The notes beneath the pieces are model-generated. The model saw only the letters and a list, made by a program, of their open reading frames with translations, ran no database searches and was not told the DNA's origin. Of a DNA stretch of 64,000 bases, positions 48,035-59,521 are shown in pieces. The stretch spans positions 124,001 through 188,000 of the forward strand of contig NIVC01002200.1 in the NCBI GenBank assembly GCA_002269645.1. The letters are read 5' to 3'. The DNA comes from Macrostomum lignano (lineage: Eukaryota). Position 1 is the stretch's first letter. Each line of letters opens with the position of its first letter. A program made the position numbers and the translations under genes.

Positions 48035-51000
48035 CACTACCAGCTAACCATGCATGTAGTTTTCTCTTTTAGGACAAAGTAAAATTCTATGAGATTATCA
48101 GCACCCTCGCCTTCAACTGTCCGCTACGACCGTTAAGGAAGTCGAAAGGATAAGAAAATATTTCGAAAAAAATAATGTAGGCAAGAGTATGAATAATTAA
48201 TTTATATAAATACTTTTATTAAAAGTTATTTTATAAATTTTTAATGTATTTTTTATATTTAACGTAAAGAATACAAAATAAACTTTTCTTTTTGTTATAA
48301 CTTAGTACATCAAACAAGCCGGGAACTTACTGTACTCGAACGGGAGAATTTACAAATACAACTCAAGAAATTAGGCTACGTTTCTTGGAAATTTTAGAAG
48401 ACTGGTTTTACCAAAACACAGTGCACAGACTGGAGGTTTGATAGCAGGTAGACCTTTTTTCGTACGTTATATACGACCTGCTTTTATTAGAGCCTTTTGT
48501 TTAGAAACTTGTATTCTGTATTAATTTTATATCCTACGACCAATGGCGATGTCGTACAAAGATGCCTAAATTTGGCTAAAAAATTAGAGATCATAAAAAT
48601 GCCGCAGCTCGACTCATTAGTTTAATAAATATTTTTTATCACGCTTAGCTTAATAAATTGGCCTAGCCCTAGGCCTAATATTTTTATAGTTTTTACACTG
48701 GCTATACTCTGTCTGTAGAGTGAGCCTTCATAAAAGCTAAGGCTTTGCCTTTTGCAGTTGTTATTTGTCCGGTGACCAGACAAATAGCCTTTTTGCTATA
48801 TGTCTGGTTAAATTGCTAACACAAGTAGGCCTATCTATTTGTTTAGTGAGGAATATTTTATATTTTGCAGTTGTTGTTTGTCTGGGACTAGACAAATAGC
48901 CTTTTTGTTATTTGTCCAGTTAAATTGCTAACACAAGTATCTAGGCCCCCCCTTATTATTTGTTTAGTGATGAATATTCTAGATTTTTAAAGATTTTTTC
49001 TTGTTTATTTTTATATTCGTATTCAAAGCCTCTAATTCATATTTGATGCCTCTAATTAATATTTTCTTGTAAGGCCTATACTAGTATAAGCAAAGCCTGG
49101 GTTTTTTTTCATCCATAACTTGGGAGTTGGGTGCAATTTCATACCCTGCTGTGCTAGATTTCAGGGTGCAATTTTCAAGACCAAGATGCGCTGCATTGCA
49201 TTGCATTGCTGCAGACAAAAACTGGTCTAACACTAATAGTGTGTTTCAAATTACTGCCTAATTCAAAGAATATAAAGTTATAGACTTAAGAAATCCATAA
49301 TACTAAATTGTGAAATCCGCATCATATCCTTGCAAAAAATTCTGGTGCGCTTTTCGCACCCTGAGTCAAATTTCAGGGTGCAATTTTTAAGACCAAGATG
49401 CTATTTGCACCCAGGTCCCATTTGCATAAAAAACTTTGAGCAAAGCTGTTTTAATTTGGCATAGGCCCTAATTTGCTGTTATAAGACACATACTAGTATA
49501 ATAACATAATAGGCCCTAATCAAGATACAAGTAAGAAGTCTTTGAAGTCTAGGAATATTTACCCTTTTAGTTTCTATGAAATAGATATTTTAGCATTATC
49601 AATTTAACCGGATGAATAGGAAAACATGGTCATTATCCAGTAACTGGACAAATAACCGCATTGCTATTTGTCTAGTCACTAGATAAATAACAATTGTCTT
49701 TATATTTTTAAGACCTTTTCTTGTATCCTAATTAATATTTTATATTATTTTTTTATTATTATATTATTATATTTTATTAGATTAATATTTTATATATACT
49801 AGTACAAGCAAAAGCAGATGTGTAATGTGCATACAATTTGGTATAATTTTGGCATAATAATCAAGATACGAATAAGAAGTCTTTGAAGTCCAGGAGTATT
49901 CACCCTTATAGTTTCTATAAAATAGAATATCAGTTTAACTGGACAAATAACAAAATGCCTATGGCTATTTGTCTAGTATTAACCAGATGAATAAGGAAAC
50001 ATGGCTTTTAACACATTTTAAACCTTTTTAGTCACTTTGTCTCTTTAGTAAAAGGGTGGCAGTCTATTTCTAAAAGGGTTAGAGAGATAGTTAGGCTTAT
50101 CAATTTCTAATTGATATTGTATATTAGAAAGGATAACAAGTTAATTTGCCAAAAGCAAGTTGTTTTGCCAAACAAATATACAATGAGCAAATGTCAATAA
50201 GCAAATAAACAATAATCATTGTTTATTTCTCTTGTAGAACATATTTGTCCTTGTGTATGTTAAATTTTTAAATTTTTAAATATTAATATTAATCTATATG
50301 ATATGATTCTATTCATGTATTGCACCATATTGCTATGTAGTTTGATTGCCATTCTAGTATTTAGCATAGTATTCCAATAATAGAAGAATTTATATTACTA
50401 GCTAAGTCTATATATGTTGTTATAGTTTTAGCAAATAGCACCCTAGTTGAGCATGCATATTTTGATATAGATGAATAGACCTTTGTTGTATTGCTTATGT
50501 AGCTATCAAATTAACTCATTAGAATTTAGATGCAAGCATTAGTAGTTATATAGGTTCAGTTGATCTTGTGCCAACCTTTAGAGTCATTGTTCTTCATCTT
50601 GATAGCTAGCAAAAGGGGGATAAGATAGGTCCCACTTTGGCTACTATAGCAACTCAATTGCTACATGGCCTATATGTAGCAATTGTTATGCAAAAATTAT
50701 TCTCCCTTATAAAATTGAAAAACTGCACTAGTAAGAAGTGTTTTATAATTGATAATGAATTGAAAATTCTTAGCAATGACAATTGAAAATTGAACTTACG
50801 ACCTTTAGCACATCAATGACTAATCATCATACCTTGATGCTAGTTGCATAATGCAAATAATCTATTAGTAAATATTAGGTTTTTGGCAAAAAGGGTTTTG
50901 GCAAATCATCTAATATTCTTAGGAAGGTTGATTGTTATATATTAGAAGGTATAAATAACATCAATGCAAATAACATATTCTATCTTGGGGGTACAATTTA

Positions 51001-51683
51001 TTTTAATAATTCTTTGCTAGAAAAAGGTTTGGATGGCAATGATAAGGCTAAATGTATATAACAATATATAGTATTTTGGAATTACTTTCTGTGGCCTCTG
51101 TATCCTAGTAGAGATGATATTTGAATGTTACAAAGTTTCCTTTATTTATTTTCCTGTAATGCCAATATTTATGGTTAAATGCAAAGAAATGAAAGTATAA
51201 TGAAATAAGGTTTAACACTAATCATTGATGCCTCTATTTACTTTGAATATGTTATACTAGACAAGTAGAAAGTAAGCATCATCATAGATCTTAATTTAAC
51301 AGAGAGTCTTGATTAACTGCTATTAGATAAAGATTATATTGACTAAATTGATAGATTACAGTTTACCAAAGCAGGTTTTGATAGATTTTTGTTTCAATGG
51401 TTTTTAGTTTCACTTAAAAGGGTTTAGATAGATTTCAATTTTATGGAAAGAAAATAGATAGACTAGTTTCATCTAGAGAATTTTAATAAACTTCAGTTCC
51501 TGTGTTTGGCTTTTTCATCTCAACTTCTGTGTCTGTTAAAAAAAATGAAAAGTAAATGAGCCTGGAATAATCCTTTTAAACTACTATAAGTAGAAATGCA
51601 AGCAAATAACAATCAAAACATTTATTTTTTATTAAATGACAATTCTGATGCGCAGGGCCAGAGCAGAGTAAGAAGGATCGGCG

Positions 51684-52456
51684 ATGGCTCAGATGGCTAA
51701 CAACAGGCAGAGACAGCAGCAGCAGCGCGGCGCCGACAGCGACGAACAGGAGATTGCCTCGCGCACTGTGCAGGTTCAATCGAAGCGGTTCTACCTAGAC
51801 GTAAAGCAGAATAGACGTGGCCGCTTCTTGAAGATAGCCGAAGTTGGATCTAACGGTCAGAAGAGTCGCATCCTGATGAGTATGAGCTCCACTACGGAGT
51901 TTCGCGATAAACTATCCGAGTTAGTGAAGTTTTACAAGCAGCTTGAGGCCGGCGGAGCGACTGGTGACCATGGCAACGGGCCGAGATTCAAGTCAGAGTC
52001 TATGGTGAAGTGAGTAAACTCATTGGCTTACGCGTAAGAAAATTGCCGTGGGATTATAGTGCGATTCGCACCCATAAAGGCCAATCTCCAAGGTACAGAG
52101 TGTACATGCCTGACGATTAGAAAATCAGGGCCGGTGTACACCCTGTGTGAGAGTGTGTGTGAGTGCGTGTCTGCGTACAGTATTGGCGCGTGTGAGACTC
52201 GTGGGATTCTACAGGTAAGTGTAGAATGTAGAGTGTAGTGCAAAAATGTACTGAGGGAACCCGGCACACCGCAGGGACAACCGCCGCTACTACCTCGACT
52301 TGAAGGAGAATCAGCGGGGCAAATTTCTACGCGTAGCTCAACAGGTACCGCAGACTGGAATGCGCAGCCAGATCGCTATGCCAGCTGAGGGCATGTCGGA
52401 GCTCAAGGAGAAGCTCACCGAGCTCATTGAGGAGTGCGGCACGGACGATCTGGGCG
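51684..52456 (+). CDS. PURA: Transcriptional activator Pur-alpha, exons 1-2 (51684-52009, 52275-52456)
   Basis: [33 protein letters not shown] (PUR repeat I) and [20 protein letters not shown] (repeat II). Splice phases are consistent. Confidence 0.95.
52075..52215 (+). mobile_element. Dispersed repeat sharing the SINE family A body, in Pur-alpha intron 1
   Basis: 52136-52190 matches 7003-7057 at 49/55. No clear B-box. Ends approximate. Confidence 0.5.
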
Positions 52457-52489
52457 GTGAGCATAACGATGAGTGTCTATCCTGTTCAG

Positions 52490-54005
52490 TGAGCTCTGCT
52501 GCCTACCCAACTCATGTCAGTCAGTGAGCTCCGCTGCCTACCCAACTCATATCAGTCAGTGAGCTCCGCTGCCTACCCAACTCTGATCAGTCAGTGAGCT
52601 CCGCTGCCTACCCAACTCATATCAGTCAGTGAGCTCCGCTGCCTACCCAACTCTGATCAGTCAGTGAGCTCTGCTGCCTACCCAACTCATGTCAGTCAGT
52701 GAGCTCCGCTGCCTACCCAACTCATGTCAGTGAGCTCCGCTGCCTACCCAACTCATGTCAGTCAGTGAGCTCCGCTGCCTACCCAACTCAGTCAGTGAGC
52801 TCCGCTGCCTACCCAACTCATGTCAGTGAGCTCCGCTGCCTACCCAACTCATGTCAGTCAGTGAGCTCCGCTGCCTACCCAACTCATGGCAGTCAGTAAG
52901 CTCCGCTGCCTACCCAACTCAGTCAGTGAGCTCCGCTGCCTACCCAACTCATGTCAGTCAGTGAGCTCCGCTGCCTACCCAACTCAGTCAGTCAGTGGGC
53001 TCCGCTGCCTACCCAACTCAGTCAGTGAGCTCCGCTGCCTACCCAACTCATATCAGTCAGTGAGCTCCGCTGCCTACCCAACTCATGGCAGTCAGTAAGC
53101 TCCGCTGCCTACCCAACTCTGATCAGTCAGTGAGCTCTGCTGCCTACCCAACTCATGTCAGTCAGTGAGCTCCGCTGCCTACCCAACTCATATCAGTCAG
53201 TGAGCTCCGCTGCCTACCCAACTCATATCAGTCAGTGAGCTCCGCTGCCTACCCAACTCATGTCAGTCAGTGAGCTCCGCTGCCTACCCAACTCATGTCA
53301 GTGAGCTCCGCTGCCTACCCAACTCATGTCAGTCAGTGAGCTCCGCTGCCTACCCAACTCAGTCAGTGAGCTCCGCTGCCTACCCAACTCATGTCAGTGA
53401 GCTCCGCTGCCTACCCAACTCATGTCAGTCAGTGAGCTCCGCTGCCTACCCAACTCATGGCAGTCAGTAAGCTCCGCTGCCTACCCAACTCAGTCAGTGA
53501 GCTCCGCTGCCTACCCAACTCATGTCAGTCAGTGAGCTCCGCTGCCTACCCAACTCAGTCAGTCAGTGGGCTCCGCTGCCTACCCAACTCAGTCAGTGAG
53601 CTCCGCTGCCTACCCAACTCATGTCAGTCAGTGAGCTCCGCTGCCTACCCAACTCATGGCAGTCAGTAAGCTCCGCTGCCTACCCAACTCAGTCAGTGAG
53701 CTCCGCTGCCTACCCAACTCATGTCAGTGAGCTCCGCTGCCTACCCAACTCATGTCAGTCAGTGAGCTCCGCTGCCTACCCAACTCATGGCAGTCAGTAA
53801 GCTCCGCTGCCTACCCAACTCAGTCAGTGAGCTCCGCTGCCTACCCAACTCATGTCAGTCAGTGAGCTCCGCTGCCTACCCAACTCAGTCAGTCAGTGGG
53901 CTCCGCTGCCTACCCAACTCAGTCAGTGAGCTCCGCTGCCTACCCAACTCAGTCAGTCAGTGGGCTCCGCTGCCTACCCAACTCAGTTAGTGAGCTCCGC
54001 TATCT
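52490..54005. repeat. 31/35-bp minisatellite (GTCAGTCAGTGAGCTCCGCTGCCTACCCAACTCAT) in Pur-alpha intron 2
   Basis: Tandem units with variable (GTCA)n copy number. Confidence 0.96.
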
Positions 54006-54477
54006 AGGTCTTACTAATAGAGTAAATCTCCAGTGTGCACAATCTAAAATCTAGCCTATTCAAATTAGTTTACACTCTTCTGCTATGCTAAAACGCTCGC
54101 GCAAAAGTTTCTGCCCTGCCCTGACCCAGCACGAGCGAGCACCTTTTTCTTATTTTACCATATTTTCCATGGCAACTAAGCGTACAGTGTTCGAAATTGC
54201 TTGTTCATCACGCTTTACATTTGCACCAGGCCAAATGTTGAGTACAAATTGAGGGTAGAGGGTGGTAGAGAGAGAGAGACCGCCCACCGTACTCTTGAGT
54301 AGAATAACTTTTGTGGTCGCCTACTTGGCTATTCAAAAGAAATAAATTTTTAGCATCTAGTCAAAGAAAATCAGGTGGTACGTATAAAACAGACGACTGC
54401 TAATTACGGAGATAAATAAAAGAAGCAGTTTAAAAGCCAGCTGAAAAAGGCGATAGAAGTTTAACACAGCGGTAGAC

Positions 54478-55135
54478 AGCTGAAGGAAGACCGCAACACA
54501 GAGAAAGCAAGCAGCAGAAGGAAGACCGCAACACAGAGAAAGCAAGCAGCAGAAGGAAGACCGCAACACAGAGAAAGCAAGCAGCAGAAGGAAGACCGCA
54601 ACACAGAGAAAGCAAGCAGCAGAAGGAAGACCGCAACACAGAGAAAGCAAGCAGCAGAAGGAAGACCGCAACACAGAGAAAGCAAGCAGCAGAAGGAAGA
54701 CCGCAACACAGAGAAAGCAAGCAGCAGAAGGAAGACCGCAACACAGAGAAAGCAAGCAGCAGAAGGAAGACCGCAACACAGAGAAAGCAAGCAGCTGAAG
54801 GAAGACCGCAACACAGAGAAAGCAAGCAGCAGAAGGAAGACCGCAACACAGAGAAAGCAAGCAGCAGAAGGAAGACCGCAACACAGAGAAAGCAAGCAGC
54901 AGAAGGAAGACCGCAACACAGAGAAAGCAAGCAGCAGAAGGAAGACCGCAACACAGAGAAAGCAAGCAGCTGAAGGAAGACCGCAACACAAAGAAAGCAA
55001 GCAGCAGAAGGAAGACCGCAACACAGAAAGCAAGCAGCAGAAGGAAGACCGCAACACAGAAAGCAAGCAGCAGAAGGAAGACCGCAACACAGAGCAAGCA
55101 AGCAGCAGAAGGAGACCGCAACACATAGAAAGCAA
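54478..55135. repeat. 35-bp purine-rich minisatellite (GAAGACCGCAACACAGAGAAAGCAAGCAGCAGAAG)
   Basis: About 18 near-identical tandem units. Confidence 0.96.
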
Positions 55136-55145
55136 GCAATATCCA

Positions 55146-55394
55146 ATGGCGCAGAACATGCTGCGCGTAGCAGAACTGGAGGAGCAGCTGCGGATTAACG
55201 AACAGTCCCTATACGTGATGGATCGCAGCGAGACGGCGAAGCGACAGCAGTTGGTGGCGGAAATTCGCCGACTGGACGTCGCCATCACCCGGCTGAAGCG
55301 GGAGGACAACGCCAGGGCTCGGGTGCAGGGCCGCGGTCTGCCCTTCCCAGATATTGATAGGAATAATGAGTCAGCGACTTGCGTTGCTCTGTGA
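55146..55394 (+). CDS. Possible nested small coiled-coil ORF within Pur-alpha intron 2
   Basis: GC-rich island with heptad-like RVAELEEQLR...LVAEIRRLDVAITRLKRE, followed by AT-rich sequence with AATAAA at 55561. No homology recognised. Confidence 0.4.
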   Translation: MAQNMLRVAELEEQLRINEQSLYVMDRSETAKRQQLVAEIRRLDVAITRLKREDNARARVQGRGLPFPDIDRNNESATCVAL

Positions 55395-55564
55395 TGCCTT
55401 TCTCTATCTCTATCGCCTTCGTTAGTGTTTAAACGCTAGCTATAGCTGCATCTATAATTATTTTGTTTATGAGTTTTTTTCTTCTCTTCTTCTCAAGATT
55501 ATTATGTTATGAGACAGTCATATTGTAAGTTTATTAAGAAAATTGTCTTCCATGATATTCAATA

Positions 55565-56770
55565 AAGTAATCTGAGTTTATCGTGCGAGTAATCTAAGTT
55601 TATCATGAGAGTAATCTGAGTTTATCATGAGAGTAATCTGAGTTTATCGTGAGAGTAATCTGGGTTTATCATGAGAGTGATCTAAGTTTATCATGAGAGT
55701 AATCTGAGTTTATCGTGAGAGTAATCTGGGTTTATCATGAGAGTAATCTGAGTTTATCATAAGAGTAATCTGAGTTTATCATGAGAGTGATCTAATTTTA
55801 TCATAAGAGTAATCTGAGTTTATCGTGAGAGTAATCTGGGTTTATCATGAGAGTAATCTGAGTTTATCATGAGAGTAATCTAATTTTATCATGAGAGAAA
55901 TCTGAGTTTATCATGAGAGTAATCTGAGTTTATCATGAGAGTAGTCTGAGTTTATCATAAGAGTGATCTGAGTTTATCATGAGAGTGATCTAAGTTTATC
56001 ATGAGAGTAATCTGAGTTTATCATGAGAGTAATCTGGGTTTATCATGAGAGTGATCTAAGTTTATCATAAGAGTAATCTGAGTTTATCGTGAGAGTAATC
56101 TGGGTTTATCATGAGAGTGATCTAAGTTTATCATGAGAGTAATCTGAGTTTATCGTGAGAGTAATCTGGGTTTATCATGAGAGTAATCTGAGTTTATCAT
56201 GAGAGTAATCTGAGTTTATCATGAGAGTAATCTGAGTTTATCATGAGAGTAATCTGAGTTTATCATAAGAGTAATCTGAGTTTATCATGAGAGTAATCTG
56301 AGTTTATCATGAGAGTAATCTGAGTTTATCATGAGAGTAATCTGGGTTTATCATGAGAGTGATCTAAGTTTATCATGAGAGTAATTTGAGTTTATCATGA
56401 GAGTAATCTGAGTTTATCGTGAGAGTAATCTGGGTTTATCATGAGAGTAATCTGAGTTTATCATGAGGGTAGTATGAGTTTATCATGAGAGTAATCTGAG
56501 TTTATCATGAGAGTAATCTGAGTTTATCATGAGAGTAATCTGAGTTTATCATGAGAGTAATCTGGGTTTATCATGAGAGTGATCTAAGTTTATCATGAGA
56601 GTAATTTGAGTTTATCATGAGAGTAATCTGAGTTTATCGTGAGAGTAATCTGGGTTTATCATGAGAGTAATCTGAGTTTATCATGAGGGTAGTATGAGTT
56701 TATCATGAGAGTAATCTGAGTTTATCATGAGGGTAGTATGAGTTTATAATGAAAGTAATCTCAGATTGTC
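55565..56770. repeat. 22-bp minisatellite (GAGTAATCTGAGTTTATCATGA) in Pur-alpha intron 2
   Basis: Tandem periodicity of 22 nt. Confidence 0.96.
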
Positions 56771-56958
56771 GTGGGAGTCACTAAAATTGTCATAGTTATT
56801 CGAAAAAAAGCTCCTGAGATCAAAGTTTCTTTGAGATTTGAGTCATACTAATCAAATTAGATTACTTTAGAACTTTTTCATAATTTCATGACGAGATTCT
56901 CCTGTTTTAATCGTTAGAGATCATCCTTCCAAGGGTTATCATGAGAGTTCTCTCCCTA

Positions 56959-57230
56959 GTCGTTGTAGGCTTAGTGGTTAGAGCGTCGGACTCGCGGCTG
57001 AAAGGTCAGGGGTTCGATTCTCGATCCACTCGGAACAGTTTGTGTCCTTGAGCAAGACACCTATGCATTGCTTCAGTTCACCCAGCTGTAAAATGGGTAA
57101 TTAAGGGTGTGTGTGGCGACCCTCCAGTCCTAAAGCCGTACGCAGCCTTTTAAATGCGCCTCGCAATAGCTGCGGCTGAGCTGTTGGTTGCACATCTGCC
57201 CATTAGTGCAGTTGTAATAAAAAGTATAAT
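56959..57230 (+). mobile_element. tRNA-derived SINE with CORE-like domain (family B)
   Basis: A-box TAGGCTTAGTGG, B-box GGTTCGATTC (57011-57020), then TGTGTCCTTGAGCAAGACAC...CTTCAGTTCACCCAGCTGTAAAATGGG, resembling the MIR/CORE consensus. 3' end approximate. Confidence 0.75.
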
Positions 57231-57379
57231 TGCTAGCTCCTGTCTCACAGCAAAACTACAAAACAGAATCTGCATGTATACCCCACTAAAAAAGACACTG
57301 CATTTTTATGCCATATACTCGTAGTTTACTATAAGTAGCTGATAGAATACCCGAAATAACAACCGTCCACTGTGTCCAG

Positions 57380-57615
57380 ATGGCGTCGAACAGCTGCCCG
57401 GGCCGAAGTCGTTTCGCGCAATGGGCAAAATTTTCTACTTCGATGTTGGCGCCAACCGTCGGGGCACGTTTCTGCGCGTGTCCGAGGTTCACGCGAGCTA
57501 TCGCACAGCGGTGACCGTGCCAGACAAATGCTGGGCTAATATGCGCGACATACTCAATGAGCTCATTGAGAACGACAGCAAACAGCCGGCCGCTCCTGAG
57601 GCAGCTAAAAATTGA
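57380..57615 (+). CDS. PURA: Pur-alpha exon 3 (PUR repeat III)
   Basis: LPGPKSFRAMGKIFYFDVGANRRGTFLRVSEV..YRTAVTVP. The phase-1 acceptor GTCCAG| matches the exon 2 donor. Confidence 0.95.
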
Positions 57616-59070
57616 ATTGGGAAAAACAGTAGCAAACGAAAATACAGACAGAGATTAGTTATCGCACGTTTTTGCTTGAGTTATTGGATTTTTATTATCT
57701 TGTTTTTTAACTGGTCGGGTTGTTTGTGTTGTAATAAATATTAATACATTAATGTCCTTTTTCATCTAGTTGCGTTATTCAATTAAAGAGACGGCCTAAT
57801 CTGTCCTTGTGTTTTGCAGCCTCTTTTTTATAACTATTTATTCATTTTAGAAAAATGCTACTATTAGTAGTGTCATTAAGATTGGTTTGGTTAAGAATTC
57901 AAGTTTCTGCCAGTTTTAATGATTATATAAACCTAGGTCCTAGGATGTGTCCACTCTTGTCCAATAGCAAGCAGAGTTAGTGAGATTGACTAAAAAAATC
58001 TTTTTAAAAATCCGCGATTATCGACCAAAGTTCAGTAGCTTAAACGCGCATTGACCGTATTTTTTGTTGTGAAAACATTGTTTCAATCCACACAACTCCA
58101 CCCACCACTCTTCATCCCGACTCAACTCAACAGAATCTAGTAAAGTTAAGAAAATTTGACTGCACTAATCTTAATTATGTTACTATTAGTAGCGTCAAAA
58201 GGACCTCTCTCCGTATTTTGTCTGCTCTATTTTTGTCAATCTGTTACTTGTTTCATCGTCTTCCCGGGGAGCAATGAAAGCCAAGACACACTATTTGAAA
58301 ACTACGACGAATAACAACAAATCTGAGCCAGTATTGCTTACTTTAATTAAATTTTGCTGTACGGTTTTCTCCCAGTAACCTTGCTTGTCATAATTACTTC
58401 AAAAATAATTATCGTCAAACCCTCGATGTAGTCGCATTTTTTCACTCTCTAATTTGCCTTACACTTGATTCTTAGAAAGCGGCTTACTATAATATAATTG
58501 TTTTTTTTATTTAGTTAGTGATGAAATGTAGTTAATACACCCATACTGTGTTTTCATAAACTACGAGTATATTGGATGCTTAAACCAAACTGCGACTAAT
58601 TCATTGTTATTGACGCTAATTTCTGTAGCGTATCAGCTCGATCAACCATTACAGCTAAGTATTTGATGATCAATGATTTTTTGTAGCTTTTTTCTCTAAC
58701 TATATATCATTTTTATCGTTGAAACTGCATGCGGAAAATTGGTTTGAAAATTGTTAGTGTGAGCTAATTAACCTGTCAGCGCTTTTGTTTCGGTTTGGCT
58801 GATTTATTGTCATCATTTTCTCCGTGTGTTTTCTTTTTATAAATATAACTTTGATGCTACAACAAAACTCCGTTTGGTGACTGCTTGTCTCTGATTTTGT
58901 CTCGTTCGGCTATTAAATTGCTGAAAAATATTAAACCGAGAAACAATGGTTTGCTTTGGTTTATTTTACACCTGTAGGCGAGATGGATTTACATGAAGCG
59001 ACTTCAATGATTGCTAATCCGACTGGGTCGCTTATTTTTCGTATCGATAGTGCATTTAGTAAGCTCTAGC

Positions 59071-59521
59071 CACAGATACTATAGTAGCTCAGGGCCACTC
59101 AGCACATTTGCGTGTAAGCTACTTTCAGTTCAGTAGTAAGTTAAACCGAAGCATTTTAATGTATTTTAAAGCCAAAGTTCATTTATTGGCTCTTAACCCC
59201 CTTAAACCCTCCCTCCAACCGGCCGCCCCGCCCCAATTTTTATTGTCTTTCTCGGAATTCCAGCCCAAAGCTGCCATGTACATTTCAGTGGACTGGCTAA
59301 TGTACATTATTGCTGAACCAATTAGCAAGTTATTCACGCCAAAGATCATATAAGATCTATGGTTTACGCCTGAAAGCTTGGGCTTTTAAACCTGGGTTTT
59401 TAGGCCTTTTTTATCAAATAGCTTATATATTCTTCTTTGCTACTGAACCGAAAGTAGAAAGCTGTTTTACTAAGTATATATGCCTGTCTGTGTGGCCTAT
59501 CTAGTCATTTTAGTATCTGTG
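59071..59521. mobile_element. 451-bp non-autonomous P-family element (MITE)
   Basis: TIR CACAGATACTA at both ends. 8-bp TSD GCTCTAGC/GCACTAGC (1 mismatch). The right end closely matches the P terminus at 30458-30482. Confidence 0.82.

Noticed and set aside
48740-50010. Degenerate direct and inverted ~100-bp duplications in AT-rich DNA
   Set aside because: Too decayed to delimit; probably old foldback element debris with no coding or RNA signal.
56959-57035. tRNA gene
   Set aside because: The A/B boxes are present but the acceptor stem does not close, and the sequence continues into a CORE-like body, so it is a SINE head.
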